A stretch of 64,000 nucleotides of DNA from contig NC_043003.1 of NCBI RefSeq assembly GCF_006345805.1, positions 12,028,001 to 12,092,000 of the forward strand, written 5' to 3'. Below the pieces are notes generated by a model, which was given only the letters and a program-made list of their open reading frames with translations, did not search any database and was not told the DNA's origin. The DNA is from Octopus sinensis. Lineage: Eukaryota. Positions 49,409 to 61,789 of the stretch are shown piece by piece; the first letter of the stretch is position 1; each line of letters begins with the position of its first letter. A program made the position numbers and the translations under genes.

Positions 49409-50029
49409 TATATAGATATATAGATATATATATATATATATATATACACACCACAGAATCCGAGAAACTGGCTTTATGGACCTATGGCACAGGAAGGACC
49501 TTTGATCGTCTTTTTTTTCTGAAACACTAATCTACATAAATTTCTAAAATATCTAAATATCAATAATATCTAAAATATGCTGGATATGAGATAGAATATA
49601 ATGGTGGAGCCAGAACGTGTGCTACCAGGCACAACCCTTGAGTTTGCCGCCCCACTTCAGACCTCCAAACTTGTGCAGACTTATACAGCAGGCCCGAAGG
49701 AGTCACCTCATAAAAGCGTCACCTAGAGTGAACTAGCTCTTCACCCTCCCGGCTTAAGATAATATAGAATCTATATTCCTTTCTACTCAAGTCACAAGGC
49801 CCGAAATTTTTGGAGAGGGAGGGGGCCAGTCAATTAGATCGATCGGTACGCAACTGGTATTTAATTTCTCGACCCCGAAAGGATGAAAGGTGAAGTGGGT
49901 CTCGGCGGAATATAGAATCTATACTATCTATATTATAGATAATAAGCCAGTGCACAAAATTTCCTTTTATTTGATTAAAAAATAATCTGCTGGTTTTGTT
50001 TTATTTTTTTATTTTTTGTTTTTCCTTTA

Positions 50030-50265
50030 TTTTTTTATCTTTACTTGTTTAAGTCTTTTGGCTAGGACCATGCTGGGGCACCGCCTTGAAGAATCTCTAG
50101 TCGATTGAATCGGCCCGAGCACTTTTGATTTTTTTCAGAATGCCCGGCACTTATTCTATGGGTTTCCCTTTATGCCAAACCGCTAAGTTACGGGTGCGTA
50201 AACACAGCAACATCGATCATCACGCGTAGTGGTGGACAAACACAGACACAAAGACAAACACACAT

Positions 50266-50299
<34 letters not shown>

Positions 50300-50436
50300 C
50301 ACACACACACACATATATACATGGCAGCTTTGGTCGTCCTGAGGCTATAGTTAAAGACACTTGCCCAAAGTGTCAGACAGTGGGACTGAACCCGGAACCA
50401 TGTGGTTGGTAAGCAAACTTCTTAGCTCACAGCCAC
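50030..50436 (-). mobile_element. SINE-B, internally deleted
   Basis: Tail, internal (CA)n and head recognisable. Confidence 0.85.
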
Positions 50437-51034
50437 ATTTTGTGGTGCTTGGTGGTAGTAAGGGGCCAAACTTAAAAAAGGGATTTTTCATAAAATGTCA
50501 TTCGGTGAAACTTGAAGCGGGGGCGCTCTACTACTAAATGCTAGATGATGTCACAGCTCTCTGTGATCCAGGTGCCATGGTGGCAAATAAGAAGATCAAT
50601 GTCAAAATTCAGGAAGCACCAAATTAGTTCGGTCGAGCTTAAGAGTCAACAATAAAGAATCTGCTGGGAATTTATCGGTATTATTTATGTTACATAAGAA
50701 AAATTACATTATAACAAAATCCCCGTAAAAATAAGAATTTCAACAAATTTCCCCCACAGTGTCTGCAACGATGATAAAAGGAAAACCCCTTTTACACAAC
50801 AGACAGCAAACACAGAGTAATTATTGCAATTAGAGTCGTAAATTACAAGGAAGGTGATAAAACAATACAGATAGTTTTGTTTTTGTTAACTCAAACATTT
50901 CGACAAACATCGTTGAAACATGTCATTCATTTAAGAATGTTAATTGTTAATTAATTGGATTATTAGTAGTTATTATTGTTGTCATCGTCGTTGTTGTCTA
51001 CATCCTCATCTTTTTCATCGTCATTATCGTTTTA

Positions 51035-51221
51035 GTACGCCGGGCAGAATGCTTAGTGGCAATTCATCTGTCTTTATGTTCTGAGTTCAAATTCCGCCGA
51101 GGTCGACTTTGCTTTTCATCCCTTCGGTGTCGATAAATTAAGTACCAGCGAAACACTGGGGTCGATGTAATTGACTAGTCCTCTCCCCAAAATTTCAGGC
51201 CTTGTGCCTATAACAGAAAGG

Positions 51222-51223
<2 letters not shown>
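51035..51223 (+). mobile_element. SINE-A with tail type 2, followed by (ATT)n
   Basis: GAGTTCAAATTCCGCCGAGGTCGACTTTG..CCCCAAAATTTCAGGCCTTGTGCC. Confidence 0.9.
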
Positions 51224-51269
<46 letters not shown>

Positions 51270-51700
51270 GAGTGAGAGAGCAGTGCATGCCATCAAAGTG
51301 ACACTGGGGTAAAATATACAAAGCCCAGTATACCCATCATGACGACCCGTCTGATAAGGGTACACCAGGCACATGCATCACAATATTCTTCTGGTCGAGT
51401 AACCCATCCCGCTCAAAAGGTCCCTGAATAAGGGTTGTTTAAGGATGTTGAACGAAACACCCACGTTTCCAGAGGTGAATTATTCAAACCCCAAAGAATC
51501 CCTCTCAACACATGGCTATGATACTTCCCCACTACTTCTGCTCGGGATCAGAGGTGCACATATCGTCAGCCACTAAGGGACAATGGTCAACTGGTTAAGG
51601 TCAAACAACTGACTAGCAAACCTGTCGTATTGAGCAGAATATTTGCTGTAACTCATCTTTTATATCAGTTCACGTAGCTCATCCCACTCAAAAAGGTCCA
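51270..51700 (-). mobile_element. Retroposon family D with (AAT)n tail (LINE/SINE 3' end)
   Basis: Ends GCATGCACTGCTCTCTCACTC(AAT)n; second copy at 57243-57427 on the plus strand. Confidence 0.75.
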
Positions 51701-51721
51701 TGAATAATAATAATAATAATA

Positions 51722-51769
<48 letters not shown>

Positions 51770-52100
51770 GGTCTATTGACACGTGCTCGCACACACCTGC
51801 GTAAGTTTTGCTGTTATTCATATTATTATGCATTGTTTTACATTGTACATTTGTTATTGTACTTAGTTGAACAAACTAGGACATTGGAGAACTGGTCGTT
51901 CTTTCCCACTTGTAGCCCTTAGAGGCTATTTTCATATTTGTTTGGGTTACGGTGACCCTCATTTTTTTTTTTTTTTTGTTGCCAAAATCAAAGATGACGA
52001 ACAAAATCCGTCCGTTCTCTGGAAAGAACAGCGGTTTATCCGCAAGACAAAACAGCCAAATTGTACAAGACAGCGATTGTTGTAGCAACAACAGCGACAG

Positions 52101-52330
52101 TGGAGGCGCAATGGCCCAGTGGTTAGGGCAGCGGACTCACGGTCGTAAGAACGCGGTTTCGATTCCCATACCGGGCATTGTGAGTGTTTATTGAGCAAAA
52201 ACGCTTTAATTCCACGAGGCTTCGGTGGGGGGGGGGGAACACCGCTGTACTCTTTCATCACAACTTTCTCTCACTCTTTCTTCCTACTTCTGCCACAAAG
52301 CAGGGGAACCATGGTGTAAACCACTATGGT
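52101..52330 (+). mobile_element. SINE-K 5' part
   Basis: GGAGGCGCAATGGCCCAGTGGTTAGGGCAGCGGACTC..GGTTTCGATTCCC. Confidence 0.85.
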
Positions 52331-52639
52331 GTGGTAAACTTTCAGACCCTGGTACTCCAGGATGGTTCAGCTCTCCACCCGTTAAAAGCCACCGTTTACA
52401 GAATGAGGATAGCAACGTAGCTTTTGCACCAGTGCAACCGCCAGTCTATCGCGCGTGGTGGGTTTGATCTTCAAGTTGCCACACGCATTCTTAGTAGCTT
52501 AGAGTAGGCTCGAATTAGAGATTATTCTTTGTGGCTAATGGTGTGAGTCCTGATTGGAAGAAGAAGAAGAAGAAGAAGAAGAAGAACAACAACAACAACA
52601 ACAACAACAACAGCAGCAGCAGCAGCGCATGTGGAACGT

Positions 52640-53782
52640 AAGAAAATGAATTCCCATTTGCCTCTTTACCCCTGCAAGAACAAAAGAAAATCACAAACAC
52701 CAACACAAGCGAAAACATTACCACCTCCACCGCCACCACCGGTGCCAGCAGCAGGTCCAACACCACCACCATCACCATCACCGACATGATTAACGAAAAA
52801 AAACAACGAAATCGACACGAGCAAATCCAATCGGAACAGTTTCGACTTCGCGCAAGCAAAAAGGCAAGTGAGTGAAGATGTTCTCTTAGATGAAAATTAG
52901 TTCAGATATGCTAAATGAATGCTGAAGAAATGTGGCGATAAACTTTCCTAGGACTGTCCAGCATGAAATCAGTTTGCGGACAATCCTATATAAAATAATT
53001 GGAGTGAGAAGCAGAAAAGTCAAACAGGCGACATAACGACAAACAAGTAGAGAAATGCGTAAGACCGATGTGGAAGAGCAAAACCTACGTGATCAGGGGG
53101 AAGAAACATGGGACTGTCGAGGTAAGGTTCGCCTCAGAGGAGGAAGCAAAAGAACACTCGACAGCTACCCTAACGAGTGAAGAAATAATTCTTATACGTG
53201 CCTACCTGGGGCGTAGAGTATACAGAATCAGAATTTTCTATATTCCACCAGGAATTTATATCTGCTGGTTCGTAGCAGCAATCATATATATGCATGTATA
53301 TATACATATATAGATGTAGAAGAGAAAACCAAGATTCTGCAAATGCATAAGATTTACAAGCAGAATTGGTTTGGTCAGAGGATGCAGCTTCTAATGCAAA
53401 CAGAGCAGAAAACTGTGGAAAATATCCCGGATTAAATAAGCCTACCGGATGGGTCAAAATAACATGTGGCTGTTGGGAGCAGAAAGCCGAGTGTCACCGG
53501 TGCGGGGACACAAACTATCTTTTACTCTTTTACTTGTTTCAGTCATTCGACTGCGGCCATGCTGGAGCACCGCCTTTAGTCGAGCAAATCGATACCAGGA
53601 CTTATTCTTTGTAAGCCTAGTACTTATTCTATCGGTCACTTTTTCCCGAACCGCTAAGTTACGGGGACGTAAACACACCAGCATCGGTTGTCAAACGATG
53701 TTGAGGGGGACAAACACAGACACACACACACACATATACATATATATATATATATATAATATATATATATATATTATATATA

Positions 53783-53813
<31 letters not shown>

Positions 53814-54790
53814 CGACGGGCTTCTTTCAGTTTCCGTCTACCAAATCCACTTTGGTCGGCCCGAGGCTATTGTAGAAGACACTTGCCCAAGGTGCCATGC
53901 AGTGGGACTGAACCCGGAACCATGCGGTTGGTAAGCAAGCTACTTACCACACAGCCATCCTGCGCCTAAAAAGGTTTCTGCCAACAACAAAAGAAAGAAG
54001 AGACCTGCACTTTTGCCACCACAACCACCACAACAACAGCAGAAGCAGGCGGCTGCAGCTGCAAATATAACAGTAACAGTAGGAGCAGCATCTGCGATCA
54101 TAGAAGCATCGACAGCAGTAGCAGCAACAGCAACAACTTCAAAAATAAGTGGAAACAACAGTTGAGAATCAACCGACATCGACAGCACTAAAAATAACAG
54201 AATCAGGATCTCCCAAAACAACAGCAAACAATTCATCAACAGAAAAAAACCACAAACAGCTCCGCAAGTCTTGCCCCTCACGTGTTCGGAGCAATCTGGG
54301 AACCCCCCCAGAACATCAGGAAATTCCAGAACAACTTACAACAACAATTTCAAAAAAATCAAAAACTTCCGCAAGACATCCTCTTCCCCATTTTCGGACC
54401 CAAGAAAATGGAAGGGAGTGGGGAAGAACAGAACTGGCAAATAGTTGCACGCCCCGCCCGTTCCCACGAAAGGAGAGAAAGGAAGAAGACAAAAATACGC
54501 GCCCACAAGAACAGAAACAAACTGGTAGGTGTGAACAGAGGGGGTGGACAGCAGAAGCAACAACAATAACACACCACTCCCAACAATAATTTCACTGACA
54601 CAGCCGACAATAACATCATCACCATCACTATCTCTGTAACCATCACCGACGCTATTTCATTTGTACACACAACAGTTAAACTACACCCCATCAAGCAAAA
54701 ACCAGAATTATAAACTTGACTGACGTAGACACAGAAAACAAGACATTAATGCGAGACATTCAACATTACATAGACATTAACAAGAGCATT
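52640..54790 (+). pseudogene. Degenerate LINE ORF1 (RRM-like region, CCHC knuckle, low-complexity tail), interrupted by a SINE-B
   Basis: YVIRGKKHGTVEVRFASEEEAKEH..; CHRCGDTNYL|KR knuckle split at about 53518; Q/T/N-rich C-terminal part. Confidence 0.6.
53518..53968 (-). mobile_element. Full, young SINE-B inside the ORF1 remnant
   Basis: Near-consensus copy. Confidence 0.92.
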
Positions 54791-54822
54791 CTCGTTGCAC
54801 CAAGGGTCAACACTAACATACC

Positions 54823-55056
54823 TATTTCTTTACTGCCCACAAGGGACTAAACACAGAGAGGACAAACAAGGACAGACAAATGGATTAAGTCGATTACATC
54901 GACCCCAGTGCGTAGCTAGTACTTAATTTATCTACCCCGAAAAGGTAAAAGGCAAAGTCGACCTCGGCGGAATTTGAACTCAGAACGTAACGGCAGACGA
55001 AATACCACAAAGCATTTCGCCCGGCGTGCTAACGATTCTGCCAGCTCGCCGCCCTG
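54823..55056 (-). mobile_element. Young SINE-A with 14-bp TSD
   Basis: AACACTAACATACC at 54809-54822 and 55057-55070. Confidence 0.93.
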
Positions 55057-55297
55057 AACACTAACATACCACAGCACAAAAATAATCAAAGCAACAGGGA
55101 GCACTTACAACTCATTAAAAAATAAATATCCTGACTTTGTAGGGGATTTTCAAGTCATTTAACAAAAGCCTTTACAACAACTTGCTAGGGAAAACACCCA
55201 CATTGAGTGAGAGGACGGAGAATGTACCACCACTCCTCCCCCAACAAAACCTCGGTAAGTAGCACCCCCTACTTCCTTTCTCTCCCAGTGTTGAACA

Positions 55298-56610
55298 TGA
55301 CCGTGCTTAGGATAAGTAATATAAACGCTCGTGGCCTTGGGTCACCCTGGAAGCAGGGACACCTATTCAATAACCTCAAGGCGCTACGTTTGGTTGTGAC
55401 AGCCGTCAGCGAAACCAAGGTTTCCGACTCACGCACCTTTGCTCCCATTTTTGACGATTTTGAGATTTACATGTCTCTTAGTTGGCCTGGAATGGGAGGC
55501 TGAGTGACAGTGCTGTTCAGGAAAGGACTGGATCTCAAGGTACAGACGATCTTCCTGGACCCGGAAGGTAAGTCGGTGGTCCTGGATGTGAATAGTAGCG
55601 AAAGTAGTACTTTCAGACTGGTCACTGTCTAGACCTGACGGGGGCGGGGCAGCCAGATTTCTTCAGACGCTTGGAGGTTTACTCGGGGACGTCTCACTCA
55701 TTAGTATTAGTGGATGATTGGAACGCTATTTTGGATGCACGTCTGGACCGGGTGGGTGTAGCCGATAGCAGAAGGGAGTGTAAAAGGCTTGTAAACCTGC
55801 TCAGTCACTTCCAACTGACTGACTAGATTTTCTGGATGCGCCAATGTGGACTTGGGTAAATCGCATCGAGTCATCATGGTCATACATAGATAGGTTGTTC
55901 TGTAGGCCAATAGATAAGAATAGTATAGGATGTCCACTATTTAAAGTTGTCGGCTACACAGACCACAAGTTTTGTGATCTGTACGGTCGATCTAGATAAG
56001 CATCATAAACAGGGCTCGGATACTGGAAGCTGAAAGCGTCCTTCACGGCGCACCAGGCTTTCAGAGACCGGTTTAGCAAGTTAGTCCATTGAAGGTCGAT
56101 GGATGCTGTCGTCAACAACCGATGGTGGGTAGCTCTGAAAAGGGCAATTAGAGTTGAGGCGTTAGGGTTTAGCAAGGAAATAGCGATAGTGAAGTCTTGA
56201 GTAGAGAGAGACCTAGTATGAAACTAAAAGAAGCCCTGAATAAAAGCATAGCAACTGAAGTGCTGGCGGCGAGATTGGCACTTGACCAATTATTCAACGC
56301 TAAGCATGAAGGTTGTGTGGCCAGAGCCAGGGCGCGTGCTCTAAAATATGAGGGAACGAAAGCCGCTCGATGGGCTCGGGTGGCTGAGGCACAACGTGAC
56401 AACAAAACCTCAATTCGGTCTTTGACGTTGCAGGATGGGCACATGACAGACGAGTCCAAACAGATATGCGCGGAATTACGGCAACACTTCGCTGAACTGT
56501 ACGGAGCGCGAGGCAGCGCGGAGGCGGAGTTAGATTTCACCTACTACCCAGACGGCCTGTCGCTGCTGTCGGCCAAGGATGCTGACTTCTGCGAAATGCC
56601 AGAAATTGTT
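55298..56610 (+). pseudogene. L1/Tx1-like ORF2 5' part (APE endonuclease plus linker), truncated before RT
   Basis: MTVLRISNINARGLG..AVSETK; LVDDWNAILDARLDR (GD.N motif region); ARARARALKYEG..IRSLTLQDG..ICAELRQHFAELY; several stops and frameshifts. Confidence 0.85.
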
Positions 56611-56764
56611 TTCACTGTAGCACGAGTTAGTTGCTTGTGACAGACGCTGACCCGTTAAGGTTAGCGTTGCGGAAGTTTCAATCATCAACTTCCACCCAAG
56701 TCTGAGGCGCGTTCAAAAGTAAACGTTAAGTCAGTTGCAGTAAAGACGTCGAGCTGTTCACTAC

Positions 56765-57085
56765 CTATTACATAATGTATAAATATATGCATATATACAT
56801 ACATATATGTACATACCTACATATATATATGTATATATACATGCATATATGGGTACAGGACATCAAAAAGAAGTTGAACACAATGAGAAACGAAAACATA
56901 GAAACGAACTTTTTTTTTGAACAACGAAAAGAAAAACAGAGAAACGAGACATGCAACATAAAGAATATTCCCCTTCTTCAGTTGTCCCTGTTTCACCTAC
57001 TCTGCGTTACGAAGGCAAGGACAATACGCAACTTCGTTGAAACAGTCCTTCCCGCAAAACAAATTAAATAAAATTTGGGATTTTT
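56765..57085 (-). mobile_element. Repeat family Q, second copy
   Basis: Reverse complement of 45255-45580. Confidence 0.8.
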
Positions 57086-57242
57086 TGCGGAAAGTGAAAG
57101 TGGTAACAAAAACAGGACAGTGAGAACAAAGCAGTAAAAACAAACGGTGAGGGTTGTTAAACCACGACGACAGATAAATTATTATGAAAGCTAGGAAGAC
57201 TAGCTTGTGAAGGAGACAGTATAAGCACACACACACACATTC

Positions 57243-57427
57243 TAACTGGGCCCCACCTGCAAGGTCATGCGCTGTTTATCTTGATATCAAATCACAATGT
57301 CATGCACATATGGTTGTGATGCATGTGCCTGGTGTACCCTTATCAGACGGATAGTCATGATGGGTATACTGGGCTTCATATATTTTACCCCAGTGTCACT
57401 TTGATGGCATGCACTGCTCTCTCACTC
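57243..57427 (+). mobile_element. Retroposon family D 3' end plus (AAT)n
   Basis: Matches 51270-51380. Confidence 0.75.
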
Positions 57428-57461
<34 letters not shown>

Positions 57462-57479
57462 TACTTGTTAAAAGTCGAA

Positions 57480-57665
57480 TTTTTTTAGACAAAGGGATTA
57501 AGTCGATTACATCGACTCCAGTGCGTAACTGGTACTTAATTTATCGACCACGAAAGGACGAAAGGCAAAGTGGACCTCGGCGGAATTTGAACTCAGAACG
57601 TAACGGCAGACGAAATACCGCTAAACATTTCGCCTGGCGTGCTAACGATTCTGCCAGCTCGCAGG
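57480..57665 (-). mobile_element. SINE-A
   Basis: Near-consensus head and central domain. Confidence 0.9.
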
Positions 57666-57666
57666 T

Positions 57667-57691
57667 ATAATAATAATAATAATAAAAATAA

Positions 57692-57722
<31 letters not shown>

Positions 57723-57755
57723 AATAACAACAATAATAACAATAATAATAATAAC

Positions 57756-57845
<90 letters not shown>
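57667..57845. repeat. (AAT)n/(ATT)n array
   Basis: Visible simple repeat with a strand switch in the middle. Confidence 0.95.
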
Positions 57846-57847
<2 letters not shown>

Positions 57848-58359
57848 GTACATGAATCAAATCTGATAATGGAAAAATAATCCAATAATGGAAAAATAAT
57901 ACTTGAAAACAATCCAAAAATATTTGTAAGTTCGTTCATTTTGGTGATGAAGATTTTCAGGAGGATGTTCAAAAGTGTTTTCATTGCCCCACAAAAAATT
58001 TATGGGGTGCACATGCATCCCCTGCACCCACTGTTCCAGAGGAACGGAAATATTTAACAGGATAATACCAACAGTAAATCGCTCCACCTGATACTACTAT
58101 AAAACTGTCAGCGTTACATTCTCATTTCTTCACTAAATACAAAACTGAGGCATAGTACTTGCATAAAAGATATCAGTCTTAATAACACGGGCGAAAATGA
58201 ATGAATTAATAAAATTGAAAATCAGAAACCATTAAGAACACCAGGGGATTTTTATTTTTTTAATTCTTAGTTCATCCATACCATTTAATAAAATCCCAGC
58301 AGGATATTGACGTCGTCTCGCCATTTTTTCTGCAAGACATTATATCATGATAAATGATT

Positions 58360-58593
58360 CGGATTTCAGTCGTTGGACTGCGGCTATGCTGGAGCACTGC
58401 CTTGAACGGTTTAGTAGAGCAAATCAAACTTCAGTACTTGTTTGTTTGTTTGGGTCTTTTTTTTTCTGTTTTTCTCTTAAGCCTGGTATATATTCTTTTG
58501 GTTTCTTTTGCCGAACCGCTAAGCTACGGGAGTGTAAAGAAACTAAAACCAGTTGTCAAGCGGTGGAGAGAGGTACACACACGCGCGCAGATT

Positions 58594-58624
<31 letters not shown>

Positions 58625-58820
58625 ACAGACAGACAGACTGAAAGAAAGAGAGAAAGAGGTTGAGAGAGACAGAGACAGACAGACATGACAGTTTCTCTCT
58701 ACTAAATTGTCTCATAAGGCAAAGGTCGATCCGGGTCTACACTAAAAGAGTGCCGCGTTGCGGGACAGAACCGGAAACTATATGGTTGCAAATCATGCTT
58801 GTTAACCATACAGCCATGCT
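58360..58820 (-). mobile_element. SINE-B with an internal (GA)/(GACA) array
   Basis: 3' half at 58360-58590, degenerate head at 58715-58820. Confidence 0.75.
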
Positions 58821-58841
58821 TATTCTTATATATATATATAT

Positions 58842-58879
<38 letters not shown>

Positions 58880-58889
58880 TATATATATA

Positions 58890-59097
58890 ACATAAGAGGG
58901 ATCAGCCATCTGAATGTGGCTAGGGTCAGGGCGGGGTGGTGGGGGTGTTACTGATGCATTTAGCCCCAGGCGAACATCGACGTCACCAGAAGAGCTGACA
59001 CCATCTCGGTGTCCTTGCCAGCCAGCAAAGGGAGATCAGCCTCCCCGAAGATACGGATACTACACACGGACCGGTTTCGAGGTTATTGCCTCTTGTC

Positions 59098-59099
<2 letters not shown>
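58890..59099 (-). mobile_element. pLTR-like fragment beginning with a minimal hammerhead-like motif
   Basis: Minus 59099->59069 reads TTGACAA-GAGG-CAATAA-CCTC-GAAA-CCGG-TC. Confidence 0.55.
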
Positions 59100-59128
<29 letters not shown>

Positions 59129-59170
59129 ATATATATATAATATATATATATATAATATAATATATATATA

Positions 59171-59237
<67 letters not shown>

Positions 59238-59238
59238 G

Positions 59239-59275
<37 letters not shown>

Positions 59276-59607
59276 ATATATATATATATTGTATTTGTGC
59301 AACATTGTCCGTTTTTCCGTCCTTGTTTTTGTATACATTCGCTGCTTTCTTCCAAGTAATCTAATGTTCTTAGCTTAGTTTTTCCTTGGGGCTAGCCAGA
59401 TTGGCGCAGTCTCGAGTATATTCAGCCGAAATTGCAAAGATAATCTGGTACTTGACTGAGGAAAAAACTTCGAGTGACCCGTCCTTGTTTTCTTTGTATC
59501 GTCTATCTGGATGTTTTGTTGTCCCATTTTTGTATTACCTAACTGTCCGGATGTTTTGAGTTCTTGTCACATTTTGTATTTTCATATATATATTTATTTA
59601 TATATAG

Positions 59608-59825
59608 ATCCAAATTGAGGAAATCGAGCCGATAAAATCTAGGCTACAGATGTTTTCTAGCTAACAAAACCTCGAAAGTAATAATTACTCAACGAGGGGT
59701 ACTCCACTAGTTATTCATCGGGCTGGTGGAGTAACCCTCGTGTTGAGTAATTATTACTTCCTAGGTTTTGCTAGCTAGGAAACATGTAGCCTGGATTTTA
59801 TCGGCTCCATTTCCTCAATTTAGAT
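59608..59825. mobile_element. Fold-back MITE-like element
   Basis: Imperfect inverted arms of about 100 bp around a loop of about 14 nt. Confidence 0.8.
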
Positions 59826-60119
59826 TTTTATTCATATTCACAGCAACCCTAGATGCTAACTGAGAACTATAAAATAATTTTTTTCATCTTATCGAACTGC
59901 GATATGGGAAAAACTTACAACCCTCTACGCCAATAAACTATCATTGTTCCTAAAAATTGGTTGCTTTTAAAACCTTCTACGGACTGCGCGAATCTTACTT
60001 ACTTCCTACACCATGATCCTTGGATCTTAAATTTACATATAATTTTATATTCGCCATGCTTGATCGCTAAATCCACAAGTTTTTTTTTTTTATTATTCCC
60101 TCTCTCTGTTTATTTTCTC

Positions 60120-60230
60120 TTAATCCTTTCTACTGAAGAGCGTAGGCTCGAAACGTAAAAGACTTTCTCACTTTCCCGAGTGTCAAACTAATACACCTGT
60201 TTGTTGTTCATACACCTATCTTCGTCTTAC
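60120..60230 (+). mobile_element. pLTR-like repeat with CTGAAGA..GAAACGTA motif
   Basis: CTGAAGA at 60133, GAAA at 60150, ACGT palindrome; relative at 23190-23306. Confidence 0.55.
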
Positions 60231-61164
60231 ATTCATATATGTGTGTGTGTGTGTGTGTACTATATATGTATGCATACACACACACACTGCAACAAAATCG
60301 AAAGCGTATTCGTATCATTATTTATCGTACGATTCTAACCGCACATAATTATCATATCCGTGAGCATTTACCCACTTCTTATTCCTTGCAAATTAACTCA
60401 TGAACTCATTTTAATTAATTTGTCCCAGAAACAATAAAATAGCCTTTTGTGATCATCTTCTTTCCTTGTATCACTTTGTGAATCTTAATGTATTTTTTTA
60501 ACAATACAACAGATCACATTTTGTATCATAATATTTGAAATACAAAGAAACAGAAGAAAAAAAAAGAATGAAAAAAAATGGAAAAGAAAGAAAGAAAGAA
60601 GTGAGGTAAAGCAGCAGAAGATCGAGGGGAACGGATCAAGGGGTCACAAATCCCGGAACAAATGGTGCCGTCAGCCGCGCCCCGCTGTAAGCCAAAGTAT
60701 GTTAAATTACCTTCCGCGTAAAATGTTTCTGAGAAATTCCCTTCAAACTCAATGCCTATCCTGCCATCTCTCTCGACAATTATACTATATTTGATTGCAT
60801 ATAAGACGCATTTTTCTCTAAAAAAAAAACCAAACTAATACCTCAGAAAAATCACCAAGATCCTGTATGCCAGCTTCGTTTAAATATTACAGCTTCACTT
60901 TTTTTCGCTGAAAATTCCCTGCTGGAATTCGAGTTCGCCTAACATGGCCACGGGCTTTTTGTGTCAATAAACCATGTCCTGTTGTATCAACACAATCAAC
61001 ATTATCCAGTTTAAGAGAACAAAATGGATATTTTTCATGACTGATCCGTTCGCTTTCCATTCGTACCACCACTGCCCACCTCAGATTTTCATCCTTCTTT
61101 TGCCATTTATTGCTTTCTATGAATCCTAAAAGATTCATTTTCCCAGTGTAATATTCTGTGATGT

Positions 61165-61485
61165 TAAAGGCGTCGAGCTGGCAGAAACGTTAGCACGCCG
61201 GGCGAAATGCTTAGCGGTATTTCGCCTGCCGCTACGTTCTCAGTTCAAATTCCGCCGAGGTCGACTTTGCCTTTCATCCTTTCGGGGTCGATTAAATAAG
61301 TACCAGTTACGCACTGGGATCGATATAATCGACTCAGTCCGTTTGTCTGTCCTTGTTTGTCCCCTCTGTGTTTAGCCCCTTGTGTGTAGTAAAGAAATAG
61401 GTATTTCGTCTGCCGTTACGTTCTGAGTTCAAATTCTGCCGAGGTCGACTGTGCCTTTCGGGGTCAATAAATTAAGTACCAGTCA
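61165..61485 (+). mobile_element. Dimeric SINE-A, young
   Basis: Same junction AAAGAAATAGGTATTTCGTC as 11330. Confidence 0.92.
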
Positions 61486-61789
61486 GAATGGAACTCGGTC
61501 GTAAGTCGAAGAGAAGGTGTGTATGAGGCCACCAAAATCTTTTAAGTGCTTCGGGGTTCTAGGACCTTAATCTGGCTTTGTTTCTAGTGTTGATACTGCA
61601 ATTAAAACAACGAAAAAAAAAACTCTATGTGGTCGTTCAACTTCTGGAAATAGTAGCCAAATCTCTCTAAGATTTGTAACGGAAAACTGGTCAAGTTTTG
61701 AGCCCTAAACTCTTCATCCACTTCTATTATATCTCGGCCTTTTTGCCGACTCGTGTTTGTAATATCTATATTAGCACGCTAGAAAAATA

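Noticed and set aside
52101-52170. tRNA gene
   Set aside because: Has A and B boxes but no closing acceptor stem and continues into SINE body; the same applies to 3790-3875 and 44146-44215
60785-61140. pogo-like terminus (GCATATAAGACGCATTTTT) plus an 83-aa ORF
   Set aside because: No matching second TIR found, and the ORF has no transposase motif
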